DNA of 64,000 nucleotides from Picochlorum sp. SENEW3 (taxonomy: Eukaryota): assembly GCA_034226945.1 (NCBI GenBank), contig CP120464.1:186001-250000 (forward strand). Direction: 5' to 3'. Shown one piece after another: positions 47,002-62,603 of the stretch. Made by a program: the position numbers and the translations under genes. Numbering within the stretch: position 1 is the first letter of the stretch; the number at the start of each line of letters is the position of its first letter. The notes under the pieces were generated by a model. It was not told the DNA's origin and ran no database searches. It saw nothing but the letters and a program-made list of their open reading frames with translations.

Positions 47002-47482
47002 CTCTTTATTCAAAGAACAAATAACGCTGGTTGGATGGAATTGAGAACAAGAAAAAGGAGGTAATTCACTGATAAACTCGAGAACAGTAGTCTCAGATAG
47101 TATTCCACCTGGCAGGTGTGGGTCAAATATTCAAATATCTACTGTGAGAATCAACAGTGTGGGCAATGTACTGGATGAGGAATCCACGATGGATATCTGT
47201 TTTTATTGTATCAAAGTACGGAACTTTCAAAAGCGCGCCTGTTTTTCTGTTTGAATTCGAATTCGCAGTCATCCACTCAAAGGAATGGCAGAATTCCCCG
47301 TCTCTGCACGCTCGGCGATGTATTTCTATTAATAATTTCAAATTACACTACCCCAATCCTCATGGGAACGAGGGTGTGCTAGAAGAACTCGTCGTTCTGT
47401 TGTTCTCGTCAAACGTGAGAAGAAGAAGAGGCTCTTGTATTCGTCTCACGGGGTGTATAGAAATACGTGTTATATATCCTAA

Positions 47483-51270
<3,788 letters not shown>

Positions 51271-51398
51271 TACTACTACTGTGTATGTGTATTCATTACT
51301 CGAACAAACTTTTTTAGAAAAAAACATCTATCTATCTATGAATGAAACCGAGAAGAAGAAAACAGCAACAATAGGGTGTCCACAGCAATGCGAGAAAA

Positions 51399-52024
51399 CT
51401 ATGCATCCTGCTCCATATCCTCCGCCACAATACGAACCTTCTTCTTCTCCGCATCCTTTGCCATTGCACCAGGAGCCTTCACCAAGTGAATCTCCTCCTC
51501 CAACTCCTTCCTATCAGCTGCACGCTGGCGCTCCTTCGACCCAGCCATACGTGCCTCCCAGAACCGATCCTGGCGAGCCACCCGAATCTCCTTGATCCTC
51601 TTCATAGCCTTGACCGTTGTAGCCACTAATTCTCTATCATACTTTTCTGGACGATTACGCTTTCGTTCCATCTCAAAGGTTGCATCTTCTGCCAACTCCT
51701 TCCCAGCCAACTTCCTATACGCCTTTGTCCACTTCACCTTTCTAGGATTTCTCTTCATCTTGAAGTTTTTATGGCATTTAGATCTACAAAAGCGAAACAC
51801 CGTCGCATCATTCCTGACAAAAGTAATTCCATGCCCAGGATAGACGGTGCTCGAGCAAAACCAGCACTTTTCTAAACGCACTGCACACCCATTAATTATT
51901 ATTAAATACACATAAGAGTTCAGAGCAGACTGATAGAAGACAATCAATAGGGCCATATTCGACGGATGCATGAGTGTGGCTGATTCTTCGTCGTCTGCCT
52001 TGAACATGTAGATACAAACGCACT
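51399..52024 (-). CDS. RLP24: Ribosome biogenesis protein RLP24 (L24e-like)
   Basis: [24 protein letters not shown]...[24 protein letters not shown]. The start codon is inferred to be split A|TG by intron 52023-51881. Confidence 0.92.
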
Positions 52025-52094
52025 TGTCTTTGACTGATATATATACTAATTACTAGTTCTTGTACATAAATACTATTAAATATTCTTTTTATTG

Positions 52095-53243
52095 TCAAAT
52101 CAGGATGCCAGTCATGGTGGAAAACGTGTCACACAAAGGTGGCGCCCAACACCATTCGTGCTTCTGGCAGGACAGGCGCTGTTGCCATGCCGACAGATGC
52201 TCATCACATGCATACTCCTGTTGTAGCAACAACCGCTGAGGCACAGAGAATGCCATCACTTCCTCGGTCCCTTGCTCATGATATCTGGCATCATCATCAT
52301 CACCACTACAGATGCTGTGCATTCTGGTCCGAACAGAATAAAAGACACAGGTGGTGGCTGACAGGGATCTGGACACACTGGATGCATGCTCTGCACCCAC
52401 GACAACATAGGTTACTGGATACCCCAGCATCCATCCATAAAGAGTTGGAATAGATGGGTATCCGCCCTCCCCAAGGGTAATATTGTGCCGGGACAGGCAG
52501 GATTCCAAGACCATGGCACATGCTTGATTGTCCACCGTGTGCTCTCTCTCTTGTAGGAAAGTTGTTGCTGCCTGTTCTGACATCAAGGCATCATGGATGG
52601 ATTGAAAACACTGCTCCAACGCCTCCTGCTCAGAAGAACTCGCCCATGCTGGCTCCATCAATCCCTCTGGATTTTCTATATTTTTGCAAAAAACAATACC
52701 TTTGGGATACGGAGTATGTTTCAATGCCGTCAAGGAAACCACTAACAAGCTTCCCTCGTCCACCAATGATGTAAGGAGCAGTATATGTGTATGCTGCGTT
52801 TGATCCCCTTCTTTCTCTCCTCTTCCTGTTGTTCCAACAACCTGCTGCTGTTCCTGGTCAATCGGGCACCTCTTCTGACTGATGGCATCACACATCACCC
52901 GTATACAATGACAAACAGCCTCAGACTCTTGATGAAGATGACTGAGTAAGACACCTGTCCTCAATCCAGTCACAACAGCTGCAAGGTCTCTCAACAACAC
53001 GTCTATTTTTACTCCTGCTATTCGGTTTCGAAACCTGCTGGCATGCCTCCCACCCCGATACCCAACACGGCTACCATGACATGTTCTAAAAGAATCTTTG
53101 TTTTCCTTTTTGCTGCTACCAGTGTCATATTGAGACCTTGATACTAATGACCTGTTCAGAACTGAACGACATGTCTGCATGGCATGTCTCCACCGTGCAT
53201 GGAGTCCTTCATCTCGCCGTTCTACTACTACATGGATGTCCAT
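52095..53243 (-). CDS. Hypothetical protein, DUF4504/C1orf74-like
   Basis: 382-aa ORF. The motif PTLYGWMLGYPVTY resembles the conserved LLGYPVxY of that family, recalled from memory. Confidence 0.6.
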   Translation of the reverse strand: MDIHVVVERRDEGLHARWRHAMQTCRSVLNRSLVSRSQYDTGSSKKENKDSFRTCHGSRVGYRGGRHASRFRNRIAGVKIDVLLRDLAAVVTGLRTGVLLSHLHQESEAVCHCIRVMCDAISQKRCPIDQEQQQVVGTTGRGEKEGDQTQHTHILLLTSLVDEGSLLVVSLTALKHTPYPKGIVFCKNIENPEGLMEPAWASSSEQEALEQCFQSIHDALMSEQAATTFLQEREHTVDNQACAMVLESCLSRHNITLGEGGYPSIPTLYGWMLGYPVTYVVVGAEHASSVSRSLSATTCVFYSVRTRMHSICSGDDDDARYHEQGTEEVMAFSVPQRLLLQQEYACDEHLSAWQQRLSCQKHEWCWAPPLCDTFSTMTGILI

Positions 53244-53474
53244 ATCATCATGTTTTTTCTTTTCAATGCCGATTCATCGAATGTCAATTGTCGTTTTTAC
53301 ATAGAATTGCATTTCGAAATGCAATTTAATTGTCCTATTTAAGAAAGAAATCCTTCCGTAAACGGATGGAATATCTGCGTCTTTTTGCTCAGAGAATCCA
53401 TCAGATGGAAAAAAATACAATTAAAATTACAACAGTATGAGTATGAGGGGTGGAAAAAGCAATAAGAAGACGTG

Positions 53475-54095
53475 ATGGCGCAAGGAGAACAAGGATTGGA
53501 GTCGTGGACAGTGGATCAAGTCATTGCTGCTTTGGTGGAAGAGATTGGGTTGCCAGAGGATTCTCCAGTTATTAGAGCATGTAGAGAGAATGCTGTTGAT
53601 GGTGCATTTCTGATACAGTTGACAGATGAGGAGTTGAAGGAGGAGCTTGGGATGACTGGACTGCAAGTGAAAAAGGTGAAACGAATGATTGAGGAGAAGA
53701 GAAGAATGAATAGTCCTGGTGCGACAAGCACAGCGAATAGGATTGAGCAGACACCAGCAGGGACAACGTATGATATACCAGCGCCCTTGAATGTTCAACC
53801 GCCTCCTGCGGGTGGAGCGTATGCTGCTGCAACCAATCCGTACATGAATCCGGCGCCTGCTGGGTATCCGAGTGGGCCTGCCCCTGGTATGGCTCCCATG
53901 ATGGGTCCTGGTGGCTACCCGATGGCACAGCAACAGCCATACGATGTAGGAGGGGGGTTGCAGGCTCCTCCTGCATCGTATGGGGTTGGGATGCCAGGGC
54001 CTCCTCCACCAATGTACTATGCTCCGCCGAATTATCAGCAACAGCAGTATCCACAAACGAGTGCTACTAATCAGGGATGCTGTGGTGTTATGTGA
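53475..54095 (+). CDS. SAM-domain protein with Pro/Gly/Tyr-rich region and C-terminal CCGVM
   Basis: SAM pattern WTVDQV...ENAVDGAFLIQLTDEELKEELGM, followed by a low-complexity tail. Confidence 0.85.
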   Translation: MAQGEQGLESWTVDQVIAALVEEIGLPEDSPVIRACRENAVDGAFLIQLTDEELKEELGMTGLQVKKVKRMIEEKRRMNSPGATSTANRIEQTPAGTTYDIPAPLNVQPPPAGGAYAAATNPYMNPAPAGYPSGPAPGMAPMMGPGGYPMAQQQPYDVGGGLQAPPASYGVGMPGPPPPMYYAPPNYQQQQYPQTSATNQGCCGVM

Positions 54096-54208
54096 TTATG
54101 TATATTTCGTTCGACATGATGACGGTACATATATAACTACGAATATGTATGATGTGAAAAATCAGAAGAGACAATTAGAAAAAAAGAAAAGGACGTGTTT
54201 TTTTGTTC

Positions 54209-57200
54209 TCAAGAGGTATTTGGTTGAAAGTCTGCTGCCGCAAACAAATCAGAACTGTTTAATCTCATGATGATCATCTGTAATGCAACCAGAGAGTGAG
54301 GTGATTCCTTGGCCATTCGTTGCATGGATTTCTTTGAAATCCTCAATACCCGACATGCAATGCTAGCGCACACCGCATGCGTGCTATGTGGGCGAGCTAA
54401 ATGAAAGTCTGTACTCCCACCGACGCACCCGGGTCCGAGTTCGAACGATCGGATTGGTTTCTCACCATGGGGGAGGGTTACACCGCGGTTCTCTTCCCAT
54501 GTTGCAAAGTATGCATCACTTGGAAGCGTGGCATCCGTATCTGCCTTTCCCCATATCGCATCTCTGGGGTCTCTGAATTGATCGACACGTATAATACCTC
54601 GTTCGACGATGATCATTTCTTCTGCAGCGTCCCCAACCCTCCACAGCATTTCCCCTCGGCGGACAGTCTGAGATGCAATATACTGCTTCATATCTCGTGA
54701 AAGGGAACTTGCTGTGCTTGCTTTGATCAACGGAAGCCTTTCTAAATGATACTTGAGTATTTCTTCCAATGAAACAGCTGCGCTAGGAGGGCGACACACG
54801 CCATACCGGACAGCAACCTCGAGCAAAGCATCCTCGCAGAACCGAACACCTTCTTCCAATGTTGGAAAGGAGTAAACACTCTCAAGAGCGGCATCAACAC
54901 AGATGCTCTCGTGACTTTCTACTCCTTCTTCGATATGCAAAACGTCGTGGGACAAAGGCGTTGACTGAATCTTTGGAGGCCAGGTCATCTTTTGCAAGAC
55001 CACCTCGTGTGCTGTCAAGAGTGTCTCCATGCCGCCTTCCTTCAATCCAGTCAGAATGGGCGTAATACCGTGTCTTTGAAGCTCTCGTGTCACACCAGAG
55101 ATTGTTCGAGATCCAGAAGAGTCCATACCAGATACTTTGGAAAAGTCAATCACCAGGAAACGTGGGGAGGCGGCAGAGGCATTCTCGCATTGCTCCAGAT
55201 TCAATCCATACTCGTACACTTCCGTACCAACCAACGCCGACGCCTCATCACTCACCAGCAATGCCGCCAAGTTGTTCAATTTCGTTCCAATACTTGACGC
55301 ACTCCCGAAAAATATAAACCCTTGTAATTGCACAGTCACGGTGTGGGAGTCTCGCAAGACAGACAAAGCAGCCTGATGTTCCACCGTACGAATCACAGAA
55401 CTTCGACATCGCCCCGCCTCTAAATTCTGAACTTGACTCTGCGCATACGCATACGAAAAATATAGCGTCGCACATACTATTCCAGCACCGATACCACCTT
55501 CCAACCCAAACTCCATGACACTGAAAAAGGTCATCCATAACAACACATATTCCATCCGAGTCAACTTTTGATACGATAAGAAGAGCCAGTCGCGAGAAAT
55601 TTCAAATCCAAACCAGATCATGAGTGCTCCGAGGAAAAAGTTTGGAATATATTGAACGATGGAATACGGATACATGAAGACGAGAAACTCTGCAGATGCA
55701 ATCACCCATCCATTGACACGATTAAATATCCCTGCCCTCATGGTGAAAATCGTCTGACTGAATATATAACTTCCAGTAAACCCTACCCCTGCCACACCAG
55801 TAGCAATATTCGATAGAGCCACTGTCGTCAACTCTTTGTTAAAGTCAATCCTCACTGGAACATCCTGGGACACGGCAGCAATATCCATACAGGACCCAAA
55901 AATCACCACCAACAACAATCCAGCCGTCTTTGCACCTTGACGAAGCATTGCAGGAAAACAAATCCCACTCAAACTCCAATCTTCAAAATGATACAGCTTC
56001 CATAGGTCCCAAAATTTGACTGGCCCATCTGCAGGCTTCATCACCCACCCAGCTTCTTGGGCAGTCGTCAGACTAATCCCACTCACAAGCAGCACCACAT
56101 GGAAGGCGGCAATCAGCGAAAACAGCAACACAGGCAATGCCATAGGATGACGAGCTCGCTCCATCGTCACCACCATGGCTACACATGCACACACGGTCGG
56201 AATCAACTTGATCAACGAGTCCTGATTGAAAATCTTCATCCACGACATGATTGAAGAAATATCCTGGGATGACCCCAACCCCACTCCAGAAGCAACACAG
56301 AAATATCCAACAAATCCAAGATATCCTCCCATCACAGGTAAAGGAATATACTGAACAAATCCAGCCCATGAATTCTTGGCAACAACATACGTCCCCAATC
56401 CAACAATCACAGTCGACACTGTCATTGTCAGCAATGACGTCCCCAACGCTGTTTCCACAGATAGCCCTTCTTTCGACGCATAATCAGCTATCGATGTTGC
56501 CATACCAGACATGAAGATGATCCCGACGTCCTGAACCTGTCCCATGGCAAATGGAAGCGTACTAAACACATTAAACACAGACTGATGAAGTGCTGAGGAC
56601 ACAAAGAAAAACTTGCACAACAAATCCAAGTATGGAGAGAAATGCGGATGCTGAAACACAATGGAAGCAAACGCAATCAACGCCGGTATCCCCGCAGTCG
56701 CATTGATCATTCCAAACACGGCTGCCCTCACAGGATCAGAGGAAGGAAACGATGCCCCATCATCCTCTCCAGCAACGCCAGCATGAGGAAGCAGAGGCTC
56801 CGCCATATCATCCATAGGCCTTCGAAACGTCTTTGAATCCCTCCGTCTATCCATCCCAATACTACTCTCCCGAGTCGAAAGCAATGGCCCGTGCATTCTC
56901 GGCGTGGCCCCTCCACCTCCTCCACTGTCTCCATTGTGGTCATCATCCAACTACATGCAGTGCATCAAGAGAGACCATTGTCATGCACACCCACACACAT
57001 CATCCTTGGACATCACACAAAAGCACATACCGTTCCCACTGCTGCTCGGCGACGATGATGCATCATATGCCCGTGCCCATGATAACTCCCAATATTGAAA
57101 GACCCAGCAAAATCCCCCTGGCGTGCAGGGCTAAAACTCGTCGGCAACGATGTCCCAAGCGGCCCTGACCCATACACCTCACCCACATTCTCCCCGTACA

Positions 57201-57339
57201 AAATATTCCCATCATCCCTATGATGGCTTGTTGCATGATGCAAAGGCTCCATCACGTCGTCATCGTGATCGGGAAGAGACTGCAACCCTTCCGACAGAGC
57301 AGACCTAGCACCTCGTCCTTCTCTGGGGACTCCACTCAT
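54209..57339 (-). CDS. SulP-family transporter with STAS and cyclic-nucleotide-binding domains
   Basis: Multi-TM core, STAS (LQGFIFFGSA, IDFSKVSGMDSSG) and cNMP-like GEMLWRVGDAAEEMIIVERG. Exon 1 is ~57339-57031; intron 57030-56951. Confidence 0.88.
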
Positions 57340-57606
57340 CTGCCCTCTCATATATTGCTCTACTATATACAAATGATAAGTATGAATAGGGTTTACATAT
57401 CATTCTTGGTGCGCCCAGGTGTTGCTTAAATAATAATGAGAGCCCTGCAGGGCTGAACTCAGAATGAAGTCGCAGTATGAACCTTTTTTTCTTCTTCCTA
57501 TGAAACAATGGGTTGATGGGAAGAGATGTTTTCATCAGACAAATGGGTTTCTTTCCGACGTGGTATCCAGACATACGACACACATTGATGTATTCGTATC
57601 ATTCAT

Positions 57607-58422
57607 ATGATGTCGATGGTGGTCATGAATGCACGCCATTGCTGTACACGTGGCAGCAGCGGCAGTAGTAGTAGTAGACATGGGCATGCCCATGACATGC
57701 AGCTGGGCAAGCGGGTCAGTTTGTTCACCCCTGCCACTGGGGGCATGAAATACAGCACTGTTGGGCATTGTTACAGTAATCGAATGGCTGAGTATACCAC
57801 GGATGAAGGAGGAGCATGGTGGTCAGCTGCAACAACAACAACAAGAGGAAGAGGAAGAAGGATGATGCTGTGCTCAGCAGCACAGCAGAGCAAGAAGAAG
57901 AAGGGAGCAGCGCGTGATTCCGGAGGATTCGGGGGATTTGGTACTGCGACGCAGGGATCTACGCCAAAGACAACCTGTCCGTGTGGATCTCGAAAGCTCT
58001 ATGGAGACTGCTGTGGGAAATATCACACAAAAAAGGCCTTGCCAAAGACAGCTGAAGAGTTGATGAGGAGCAGATATGCTGCGTATGCCAAAGGATTGGT
58101 GGAGTATATTGTCGATACCACGCATCCAGATAATCCATTAGCACAGAAGGATGGAGGCGTGTCTTTGAGAAAGGATGTGATTGCGACCTGTAAAAAGATT
58201 TCTTGGGATAAACTGGTTGTTCTGGAAACAGAGAATGTGTCGGAGGATGAAGCCTATGTTACCTTCCAAACGTATTTTAAAGTAAAAGGGCAGCAAGGTC
58301 AGAGATCACAGGGATTCCATACGCAATCGTTTGTAGAAAAGAGTAGGTTTTTAAAGTCGTCAGATGGGGTCTGGTTGTATGAAAATGGCGAGCAGGACTG
58401 GGAAGGAAATCAGTGGGTCTAA
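57607..58422 (+). CDS. YchJ/SEC-C (UPF0225) domain protein with transit-like N-terminus
   Basis: CPCGSRKLYGDCC, TAEELMRSRYAAY, YIVDTTHP and EKSRF...WLYENG. The start codon is uncertain. Confidence 0.88.
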   Translation: MMSMVVMNARHCCTRGSSGSSSSRHGHAHDMQLGKRVSLFTPATGGMKYSTVGHCYSNRMAEYTTDEGGAWWSAATTTTRGRGRRMMLCSAAQQSKKKKGAARDSGGFGGFGTATQGSTPKTTCPCGSRKLYGDCCGKYHTKKALPKTAEELMRSRYAAYAKGLVEYIVDTTHPDNPLAQKDGGVSLRKDVIATCKKISWDKLVVLETENVSEDEAYVTFQTYFKVKGQQGQRSQGFHTQSFVEKSRFLKSSDGVWLYENGEQDWEGNQWV

Positions 58423-58503
58423 TGGCTTTTTATCCTCTACGATTCTGAAATAATAATTATTGATGTTTTTAAAAAAGTAGATCTAATAAATATACGCTCG
58501 TAG

Positions 58504-59164
58504 ATGGTAATAGTAATGAACGTGGTGCTTTCGTTTCTTTCTCAGCAGGATGCAGCACATGTGTCGAATTGGGGTGTTGTCGGGGCATTGGCTTTGCCAC
58601 ATCTTTTGTATGCATTCATCTGGTACTTTCCTGACATGTGGATGAGGATGTTTAGGAAATCGAGCGTACGGGTGTTTGAATCGATGGCGTGGTTGTTAAA
58701 AGGTACCAGTCTTTTCTCTCTCTCTCTCTCTCTCTCTCTTCTACTGCAACGGATGGAATGAATACCATACATGTGTGTGTGATGCAGTGGTTCAATTTTC
58801 ATCTGTGATTGCATGGATGTATATTCGAATGCCCTCTGGGGTTGATGTCTTTGCCATACCTCCACTGCATGCTGTGCTTGGGGTGGGTCTGGTGGCTTTT
58901 GGGCAGGTTCTGAATGCAGGGATTTACCAGGCTATTGGACATACTGGCGTATATTATGGATTTAAACTTGGTCATACTGTTCCATGGGTGGATGGATTTC
59001 CCTTTAATGTGGTGCAGCATCCTCAGTATGTTGGGAGCGTGGCATCTGTATGGGGTATGGCAGTGTTGGTGTGGTCACAGGGTCCGCAGCCAGACCTGGT
59101 CTGGCTGGTGGTGTACTGGACATTCCTGTACATATGCACAGGCGTGATGGAGAGCTCGACATGA
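58504..59164 (+). CDS. PLMT: Phospholipid N-methyltransferase (PLMT/PEMT)
   Basis: GQVLNAGIYQAIGHTGVYYG and PWVDGFPFNVVQHPQYVGS. Intron 58703-58787 contains a (CT)n tract. Confidence 0.9.
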
Positions 59165-59217
59165 GATATATATATATCATGTGCATCATCATCATTATAG
59201 TATATAGAAAGACTGAT

Positions 59218-61056
59218 TTACTTTTTGATTGAGGAAAAATAGGACCGTGCTGCTCGGCCAGACTCGACGACAGTCTTGGCAGCAGACACAAGTGGGTCTG
59301 GCATGGCGCTGAGTACGCCAGGAGATGCATACATGGCTTTTCGTGCCAGCACAGCAATTGAATTCATTGGCAGCTGTTGATCACCTCGCTCCATCATGGC
59401 TTTGAACAGTGTTGTTGCTCTATCCCACTGTCGTCCCTTTTCGCATGCATTCAGCACACTCGAGTAGATGTAAATGTTGGGTTCCATATCCGTGTCGATC
59501 AACGCATCGTATAAATCTAGGGTTTCCCTCCATTTTCCTGCTTTTTCAAACGTGGACAGCATGGCACCATAGGTGACAATATCAGGCGCAATGCCCTCAT
59601 CTTCCATACTCTTCCATGCAGCAACAGCCCGTCTCCACTCCAGATTATCCCCTAGTATCGATATAAGCTGATTATACACGACTATATTTGGCATAATTCC
59701 TGATTCTTTAAACTCTTGGATAAAAGATAACGCCTTCTTCCATTCTCCGGCCTTCCCGCACGCGGATAGGAGGCCAGCCAGCGTAAAGGCATCCTCTCGG
59801 ATGCCAGAATCTCTCATATCTTGATTAATCTTCATCGTGGTTTCAAACCTCCCTGATTTTCCACACACAGATATAAGAGTATTATAGGTGACCTGATTGC
59901 ATTCCACCCCCCTCTTCTTCATATTCTCAAACACCTCCAAAGCACGGTCCACCTGCCCACAACGCTCACAGGCTGACAGCAAGGCATTGTACGAGATTGT
60001 TGACGGATCGATACCATCACGCCGCATCGCACTGAATATAGCCCACGCTTGCTCCCAATCCTCACCTTTCGCACACGCTGTAATAGCTGCGTTGTAAGAA
60101 ATAACGTCAGGCTTGACCCCAGCAGCCTCCATCTTGCGAAACACCTCGATAGACTCTTCCCACACCCCACCCCGCTGCAACGTGGTCATCAGGGTGGTAT
60201 AATGAAACACATTTGGAACCACACCGGCCGATTCTTCCATCTCGGTAAACCACCTCCTCGCCTGTTTCCAATTTCCAGTCGCCTTACACCCGCCCAGGAG
60301 ACTGCTGTATGTGTACATGTCAGCTTGAATCCCAGCATTATCCATCTCTGTCCGAATCTCATCCACCCGCTTCCATTTCCCACACGTCGCCGCAGCAGCA
60401 ATCGCTGTATTAAAAGAGACAATATCCCTAGAAATATCGTACTTCTTCATCCTATCATACGTTTTCAGAGCACACCCCGCATGACACGGCCGCTTACTCT
60501 GCATTTTCATCACCTTGGTCCACAGGACTGTAGCCTCTTTCGGATCCTTCCAATCACCCCGTGACGTCTTCCATTCAACCAACTCGACAGCCATATCCAT
60601 AGCATCATGAATATCAAAATATGTCATAATCTGACGACACATGGACGAATCAGGGGCCACCTCGTCCAACAGCGCTTCCCGACTGTCCTTGGACCTCTTC
60701 CCCAACGATACCATGCGACGTGCCACATCCACGACAACTGGGTCTATTTTTGGCTTTTTCCTCGCCCCTTTTAATTGTTTCTTCTTCTGCTGCTGCAGTC
60801 TCACTTCAATATCCCGTAATTCAGGAGAACATGGACGATCTTCAGCCTGGCCTTGTTCTGGAGCTTCAGAAGAATTCCACGCCTCTATCCTCTGCGTCTG
60901 ATCAATACCAGCGGCAGGAGGTGTCACTATTGATTCATATTGCTGTCTAGATACTCGTATACGGCTATACCGTGGTGTAGATCTGTGACTCTCGAGTCTC
61001 TGTAGGACCACAGGTTGCTTGAGAGTCACTCGGAGTATCCCCATGGAAGACTCCAT
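59218..61056 (-). CDS. Pentatricopeptide repeat protein
   Basis: About ten 35-aa repeats (PDVISYNAAITAC, PSTISYNALLSAC, PNIVVYNQLISIL and others). Confidence 0.95.
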   Translation of the reverse strand: MESSMGILRVTLKQPVVLQRLESHRSTPRYSRIRVSRQQYESIVTPPAAGIDQTQRIEAWNSSEAPEQGQAEDRPCSPELRDIEVRLQQQKKKQLKGARKKPKIDPVVVDVARRMVSLGKRSKDSREALLDEVAPDSSMCRQIMTYFDIHDAMDMAVELVEWKTSRGDWKDPKEATVLWTKVMKMQSKRPCHAGCALKTYDRMKKYDISRDIVSFNTAIAAAATCGKWKRVDEIRTEMDNAGIQADMYTYSSLLGGCKATGNWKQARRWFTEMEESAGVVPNVFHYTTLMTTLQRGGVWEESIEVFRKMEAAGVKPDVISYNAAITACAKGEDWEQAWAIFSAMRRDGIDPSTISYNALLSACERCGQVDRALEVFENMKKRGVECNQVTYNTLISVCGKSGRFETTMKINQDMRDSGIREDAFTLAGLLSACGKAGEWKKALSFIQEFKESGIMPNIVVYNQLISILGDNLEWRRAVAAWKSMEDEGIAPDIVTYGAMLSTFEKAGKWRETLDLYDALIDTDMEPNIYIYSSVLNACEKGRQWDRATTLFKAMMERGDQQLPMNSIAVLARKAMYASPGVLSAMPDPLVSAAKTVVESGRAARSYFSSIKK

Positions 61057-61266
61057 CTACCTCTACTATGTTACTTCTATGTAGTTTTTTTATTTTGGAT
61101 TGATTTCCTCTTCCATATGGAATCGATATTCGAGACTGTGGTGTGCTCCATGCAGAGAGAGAACAGAACCTCTGTAAATAGATAGATATGGAACGAGACC
61201 GTGGTTTCATAGACACACTCAGATGCCATGTTCTGGATATATGATATTATCCACATATATATTGTG

Positions 61267-62508
61267 ATGATAGAAGATACTGCAGTGCAAGCGAAAGAAG
61301 AAACAGCAGCAGAGAGCCTGAGCACGAGGAGGAGTTCCTCTTGTTCTTCTTCTTCTGGCAGTGGTGGTGGTGGTGATGTGGAGCTTGGAGGCGAGGTGGT
61401 TGGATGGTCTTCATATGATGACGATGCAGAACAGAGGTTGTTGTGGGAGACCAAAGTACGCTGTCGTCATTGGTCATTGCCATTGATTGATTGATGAACA
61501 ATGTGGTGAAAAAATGTGTGCAGATTGTTGTGAGGATTTGTTTATTTGAAGGAGACAATGGATCTATAGATCAAGTTTCAGATGTGTATGTGTCTGTGTC
61601 GAGGCACGAGTATCTATATCAGACGGTATTTGAAAAGGTGATTCCGCTGTGGAGGCATGTACTTCCATCGTCTGCATCACGGACACCGTGGCTGGAGTAT
61701 GGCATGCTTCCATTGAAATGGTGCGCAAGCTTTTTTTTTCCTTTTTGATGGTGCTTGGTGTCATCTTCTACGAGCACTTTTTGGGTGGTTTTTAAAAATT
61801 CCGTATACTTTCTCTATGCGTCTGAAATTCTACATCATGAGCAATATCGTCACACAATGGTGCAGGGATCTTCCATGTGGGGTGTTGCATGATCTTCACT
61901 GTGGTAATGATGATGGCTGTAGCAGCAATAGTATCTGGACTGTTGTGGCTCATTTTTCAAACTTTCCATCGACCATACTCCCACCGTTCGATGTGAAAGA
62001 GTCTCTTCGGAATCATGTGTTTCACTCAATGAAGGAAGCGTCACATGTGCGAATGGGTTCAGCGTCGAGGATTATGAACATGTCTCATGCTGCTCAGGAT
62101 GCCCTATGGCATGCTATTCGGCAGGGGTCCTACGACGAATATGCCAAGGTATATGGTACTTTGGGATTCGAGTCACACGACGGGATTCTGGCTGCTGTAG
62201 AAAGAGTTCCAGTCCGTATCATTGTATGTCGCGGGGCTGCTCTGACGATGAATTCAAGTTACGAGGACGTGTACATCTCGTCGAGATCCATGAATGATGG
62301 TAGTGTAAAGGATTGTGTGTATGATATAGCAAGAGCATGGATGATGATGAAGAAGAATAAGACCATTGCTGAGAAGAATGAGGAGAGTGGCATGACAGGT
62401 GTACAAATACAAGTTGGTGGGATTGGCATGCATGGGACAGAGCCCTTGTCCTACCTATGGCGAACCATGCACGCGCCAGACGGGTTTCTGTATATTTATG
62501 TACATTGA
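61267..62508 (+). CDS. ATG5: Autophagy protein ATG5
   Basis: PLKW|DLPCGVLHDL, WTVVAHFSNFP, HSMKEASHV and APDGFLYIYV. Introns 61456-61523 and 61721-61865. Confidence 0.9.
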
Positions 62509-62603
62509 TTGTATTTAAAAAGTAGATCTTGTTTCTAATAATACATGTAACAATACGCTATGCTCGACACGGTATAGATATATCAATGTTGTGAATGAAT
62601 GAA

